IMG/VR virus record: IMGVR_UViG_3300037067_004891
Span: 357,674-421,673 of that record
Length of the DNA: 64,000 bases
Source of the DNA: a virus
Lineage: Duplodnaviria; Caudoviricetes
Strand: one strand, 5' to 3'
Shown here: positions 60,679 to 64,000 of the stretch, piece after piece
Layout of the letters: the number at the start of each line of letters is the position of its first letter
How positions within the stretch are numbered: position 1 is the first letter of the stretch
Notes under the pieces: model-generated
What the model was told of the DNA's origin: nothing
What the model saw: only the letters and a program-made list of their open reading frames with translations
The model's database searches: none
Program-made: the position numbers and the translations under genes

Positions 60679-60693
60679 TATTAAAAATAATTT

Positions 60694-61224
60694 TTAAGAT
60701 TCATCATCCATCCCGAATCTGTTTAAAAAATTATGTCTATCATTTTCAACACGATTTTGATATTTTACAAATTCAGGTTTAATTTTATCATAACCAATAG
60801 GAAACATATTATCCATCATAATTGGTCTTTGTTCATATGTCCCACCACCTTTCATATTGGTATCATTTATAAATTTATCAAATCTAACTGTTATATAAGG
60901 CTCACCTTCTCCACTATAATCAATATATGGATATAACCAACCTTCCTTATTGGCAAATTCTTTACTAAATTTATGATCTACTGGTTGGTCTTTAATATCT
61001 TTCACTTTCACCTTTATCATCAGTTTACCAAATGTACCACCAAGTTCTTTAAAAATTTTAGATAAACTTAATTTTTTTAATTCATTATAATTACCACTAT
61101 CAGACAATAATGCTAATTTATCAATATCTGGTAGATTTTTAAACCCACCCTCTTTATTAATTTTATCCAAAGCGGAATCCTGAAATTTATTTTCATTCGT
61201 GAACTGCTCGTAATTCTTAACCAT
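60694..61224 (-). CDS. Hypothetical protein with CTS-like N-terminus
   Basis: MVKNYEQFTNE; D.ALDKIN..G...L. Confidence 0.55.
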   Translation of the reverse strand: MVKNYEQFTNENKFQDSALDKINKEGGFKNLPDIDKLALLSDSGNYNELKKLSLSKIFKELGGTFGKLMIKVKVKDIKDQPVDHKFSKEFANKEGWLYPYIDYSGEGEPYITVRFDKFINDTNMKGGGTYEQRPIMMDNMFPIGYDKIKPEFVKYQNRVENDRHNFLNRFGMDDES

Positions 61225-61239
61225 TAAAATATTATTTTT

Positions 61240-61857
61240 TTATTTAATAACACCCTTACATTTAGTAAGCCAAAGTTTTCTATCATCTAATCCGATAGTG
61301 CCACCATTTATTGCTTTTGTAATAGCTAATATATTATCCTTATCTGCATATGAATTTAAAAGACGACTTGACCAGTACCAACCAGCAGCCATCATACTAT
61401 ATGGTAACTGTTCTAATAATTCAGGTTTATTAATAATATCTATTTGTAAACTTTCTTTTAGTCTTAAATAATTAGATTTTCCAGTGATTTGCATGTAACT
61501 TCTTCCACGAAATTTAAACCCCTCCCCAGATTTTTCATCACCATTCCCCATGCGATTGCAATATACATGGTTAGCTATCATTTCTGGTTTCCTTGCATAA
61601 GCATTTGCCAATTCAAGAGTGAAATATTTAGGGAATATTTTCATTAATCCATCAGCAGAATAATTTAGATTTTCAGACACTGCTTTAAAAGAACCCGATT
61701 CGTGTATAACTTGTGCCATGAAATGACATATTCTCAATTGGGTGTTTATTTCATATTTTTCAAAGGTCTGATTTAAAGCATCTACTAATTTTGTGATTTT
61801 ATCATCAGCATAAATAGTACCTATAATTTTTTTAAGTTGATCAGTAGTTATTTTCAT
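61240..61857 (-). CDS. Glycoside hydrolase family 19 endolysin
   Basis: HFMAQVIHESGSF..VSENLNYSA, FRGR..MQITGK.NY, ITKAINGG..GL.DR. Confidence 0.9.
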   Translation of the reverse strand: MKITTDQLKKIIGTIYADDKITKLVDALNQTFEKYEINTQLRICHFMAQVIHESGSFKAVSENLNYSADGLMKIFPKYFTLELANAYARKPEMIANHVYCNRMGNGDEKSGEGFKFRGRSYMQITGKSNYLRLKESLQIDIINKPELLEQLPYSMMAAGWYWSSRLLNSYADKDNILAITKAINGGTIGLDDRKLWLTKCKGVIK

Positions 61858-61940
61858 ATTTTTTATTTTATTTTTCTATTTTTATATATTAAAAATGTTT
61901 TTAGAAATTAATATATACTTCAAAATAAAAAATGTACACC

Positions 61941-62483
61941 ATGAAATATGTAAAGACTTTCGAATCTTATAATCAAAAAATTATTCAAGAAAAAACTGGT
62001 TATAAAAAGACTTTTTATCAACAAGATAATATTGGAACAGCAAAATATACCATCAGTTATCACGATGGCGTTGATACACATAAGGATGGTAGTCCATTTT
62101 TTGGTATTAAGACTTTCAGTAATAAAGAAAAACTTGAATCTTTTATAAAAGAATTGAAGAAAAAAGGATACACAGAATCATTGAATCCTATAAAAGAAAG
62201 TAAAACTGAATCAAAAGGTATTAAAAAAATTAAAGATGATTTCTTTAATAAATTAGCAAGTGATATTGACAAAAAGTATTTTCCAGATGTTAAGTATTAC
62301 AGAGATGATAAAGATGATACTGCTGTACATTATGCTATCGAACTTTTCAATAATGGTGTTTCTGGGTATGACACATTAATAAACAAATTGTCGAAACATT
62401 GTAAAGACACTAAAGAAAATATACATAAAATTGTAAGTAAATACATCGAGGATTTTGGTGATTATGAATATAAAATAAAATAA
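61941..62483 (+). CDS. Hypothetical protein with CTS-like N-terminus
   Basis: MKYVKTFESY; NIG.AKY.ISYHDG...HKDGSPFF. Confidence 0.55.
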   Translation: MKYVKTFESYNQKIIQEKTGYKKTFYQQDNIGTAKYTISYHDGVDTHKDGSPFFGIKTFSNKEKLESFIKELKKKGYTESLNPIKESKTESKGIKKIKDDFFNKLASDIDKKYFPDVKYYRDDKDDTAVHYAIELFNNGVSGYDTLINKLSKHCKDTKENIHKIVSKYIEDFGDYEYKIK

Positions 62484-62492
62484 TAATGAGTT

Positions 62493-63002
62493 TTGAAATA
62501 TATTAAATTATTTGAAAGTTTTGATTTATTAAACGAAAAATATAATAGAATGGCATTAAATTATGCTAATACTTATTATAGTGATGAAATAGGTGACGCA
62601 CCTTATGGTGATTATGATGAAATATTAGACCGTTTAAATGATTTTTGTACCACAGATTTTCCGTATGGTTTAAAAAATATACCTACCAAAGTTGTTTTAT
62701 ATAGATTATTAAATGTTGATGATATTAATAATATAAATAAAAACGAATTAGGAAAATCATATGTCGGTGATAAAAAAATGTTTGAAGATGAAGATTTCTT
62801 AGAATCTTTTTTATTTAGATATGGGGAAGATATGAAAAAATGGTTTATTGTTACAATAGAAACGACACGTAATAATATAGATTTTGAACACTCAATGGGT
62901 AATAGAGCCGAATATCCAGCCGAATTTGAAATAACTATAAAAAATGATAAAGATTTAAAGATTCTTAATATCGAAGAATTTAAGAACACTGATTATATTT
63001 AA
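62493..63002 (+). CDS. CTS-like protein, possible ADP-ribosyltransferase (R-S-E type)
   Basis: MKYIKLFESF; VVLYR...GKSY...EFE pattern. Confidence 0.4.
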   Translation: MKYIKLFESFDLLNEKYNRMALNYANTYYSDEIGDAPYGDYDEILDRLNDFCTTDFPYGLKNIPTKVVLYRLLNVDDINNINKNELGKSYVGDKKMFEDEDFLESFLFRYGEDMKKWFIVTIETTRNNIDFEHSMGNRAEYPAEFEITIKNDKDLKILNIEEFKNTDYI

Positions 63003-63011
63003 ATAAAAATA

Positions 63012-63410
63012 TTATTTTTTCTCTATTGTATTTTTCTCTATATCATATTCCACATATTTACTTCCCATTGGTGTACTACCAGCAGCAGGGTTAACAAAAT
63101 GAACATCTATGCCCACACTTTGGGCTTTTTTACGAATATCGCTGGATAAAATTTGTTCAATCATCCTGTTACCTTTATTATATTTCCAATCATGAATAGT
63201 AAGAACAACTTCCCAATATTGTGGATGGTCTAAATATTGAACACATATTTTCTTTAATTTATCTGGTGTAATATTTAATTTATTACTTGACCATTTAGAT
63301 AGGTCAGCATATTTTTTTATTATAAAAGGAATTAATTCTGATATAATTATATTATATTCTTTTTCTTTTGATTCGTTATCTTTATTATATTCTTCAAATA
63401 GTTTGACCAT
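63012..63410 (-). CDS. Hypothetical protein with CTS-like N-terminus
   Basis: MVKLFEEY. Confidence 0.5.
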   Translation of the reverse strand: MVKLFEEYNKDNESKEKEYNIIISELIPFIIKKYADLSKWSSNKLNITPDKLKKICVQYLDHPQYWEVVLTIHDWKYNKGNRMIEQILSSDIRKKAQSVGIDVHFVNPAAGSTPMGSKYVEYDIEKNTIEKK

Positions 63411-63511
63411 AAATAATTATGTGTGAGTTTTGAATTATATATTAAAAAGTGCCTGAATATTTTTTTATTAATATTTTTTTATTATTTTTGTTTTTTTAAT
63501 AATTAAAAAAT

Positions 63512-63703
63512 ATGGCTAATAATACTAAAAATTCTAATAAAACCTTATTCCGTTTGTTTTTGAAACAAAGTTCAGAATTAGGAAGTATTTTATTTTATCT
63601 TGGTATTATAATGTGTTTAATCCCGTATAAAACATATGGCATCATGATATTATGTTTATTCGGGGCTGCATGTTCAATCTATAATATTTTTAATGCAAAA
63701 TGA
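63512..63703 (+). CDS. Small two-TM membrane protein
   Basis: Two hydrophobic segments. Confidence 0.4.
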   Translation: MANNTKNSNKTLFRLFLKQSSELGSILFYLGIIMCLIPYKTYGIMILCLFGAACSIYNIFNAK

Positions 63704-63825
63704 AAAATTTAAAAAATATAAATCATTGGATAGCTGAACTTAGGTTTATTTAGATGCATATTTACTGTAATTAAGTTTCCGAAAGACCCTTTAAGTTTTG
63801 TAATTTTTAAAAAGAATGTGGTAAT

Positions 63826-64000
63826 ATGATATACTTAGAAAAAATTAAAATAGTAAATAACACTTATGCTGGGTCACATGTTCTTCGGAATGGTTTTGAA
63901 ATTAATTGTTCTGATGTTAATATATTTGTTGGTGAACAGGGGTGTGGTAAAAGTACTATTTTAAATCTGATTCAAAAAAATCACCCTGATATTGAATTGA
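63826..64000 (+). CDS. AAA/ABC-type ATPase (3' partial)
   Basis: Manual translation MIYLEKIKI...NIFVGEQGCGKST (Walker A); runs off the window. Confidence 0.65.
   Translation, partial: MIYLEKIKIVNNTYAGSHVLRNGFEINCSDVNIFVGEQGCGKSTILNLIQKNHPDIEL

Noticed and set aside
1-64000. Genome-wide stop-codon reassignment
   Set aside because: Long genes are intact under the standard code, TAA, TAG and TGA all end genes, and the interruptions involve different codons.
1-64000. tRNA or rRNA genes
   Set aside because: None recognised by eye; a tRNAscan run would be needed to exclude them.

Overview
This 64 kb window is very AT-rich and looks like part of a jumbo (huge) tailed phage genome. The host is probably Bacteroidota, which is my inference from the style of the histidine kinase, lipoprotein and repeats. 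Layout: (1) 1-6.2 kb and 34.9-41.6 kb hold virion fibre/appendage genes, including Ser/Thr-rich SLST coiled-coil repeats, an LRR-like protein and a fibre with an S74 chaperone domain. (2) 6.3-33.1 kb is a large glycosylation island with 2 DUF2827-like genes, GT2/GT32/GT10/GT47-like transferases, methyltransferases, a sulfotransferase-like gene, a split transketolase and NDP-sugar enzymes. It includes an FnlA / RmlD-like / FnlC-like trio, two members of which carry inteins. (3) 41.7-64 kb is an accessory region with a hybrid PAS histidine kinase, an RlaP-like nucleotidyltransferase, a zinc-ribbon nuclease, a cREC-like protein, DnaJ, a GH19 endolysin, IS200/IS605 (TnpB and IscB/HEARO-type) remnants and many small proteins with T4-like capsid-targeting N-termini. 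The most striking observation is two cas-less CRISPR-like arrays (36-bp repeats, ~30-bp spacers; 5 and 10 repeats). Each is fused to a paralogous ~110-aa gene whose reading frame runs through the first repeat (MV[S/I]EHTKMRVDTT) into the first spacer. The repeat is therefore protein-coding, there is no non-coding leader, and repeat degeneration indicates that array 2 grows at the gene end. All family calls come from motif recognition by eye; no database searches were run.
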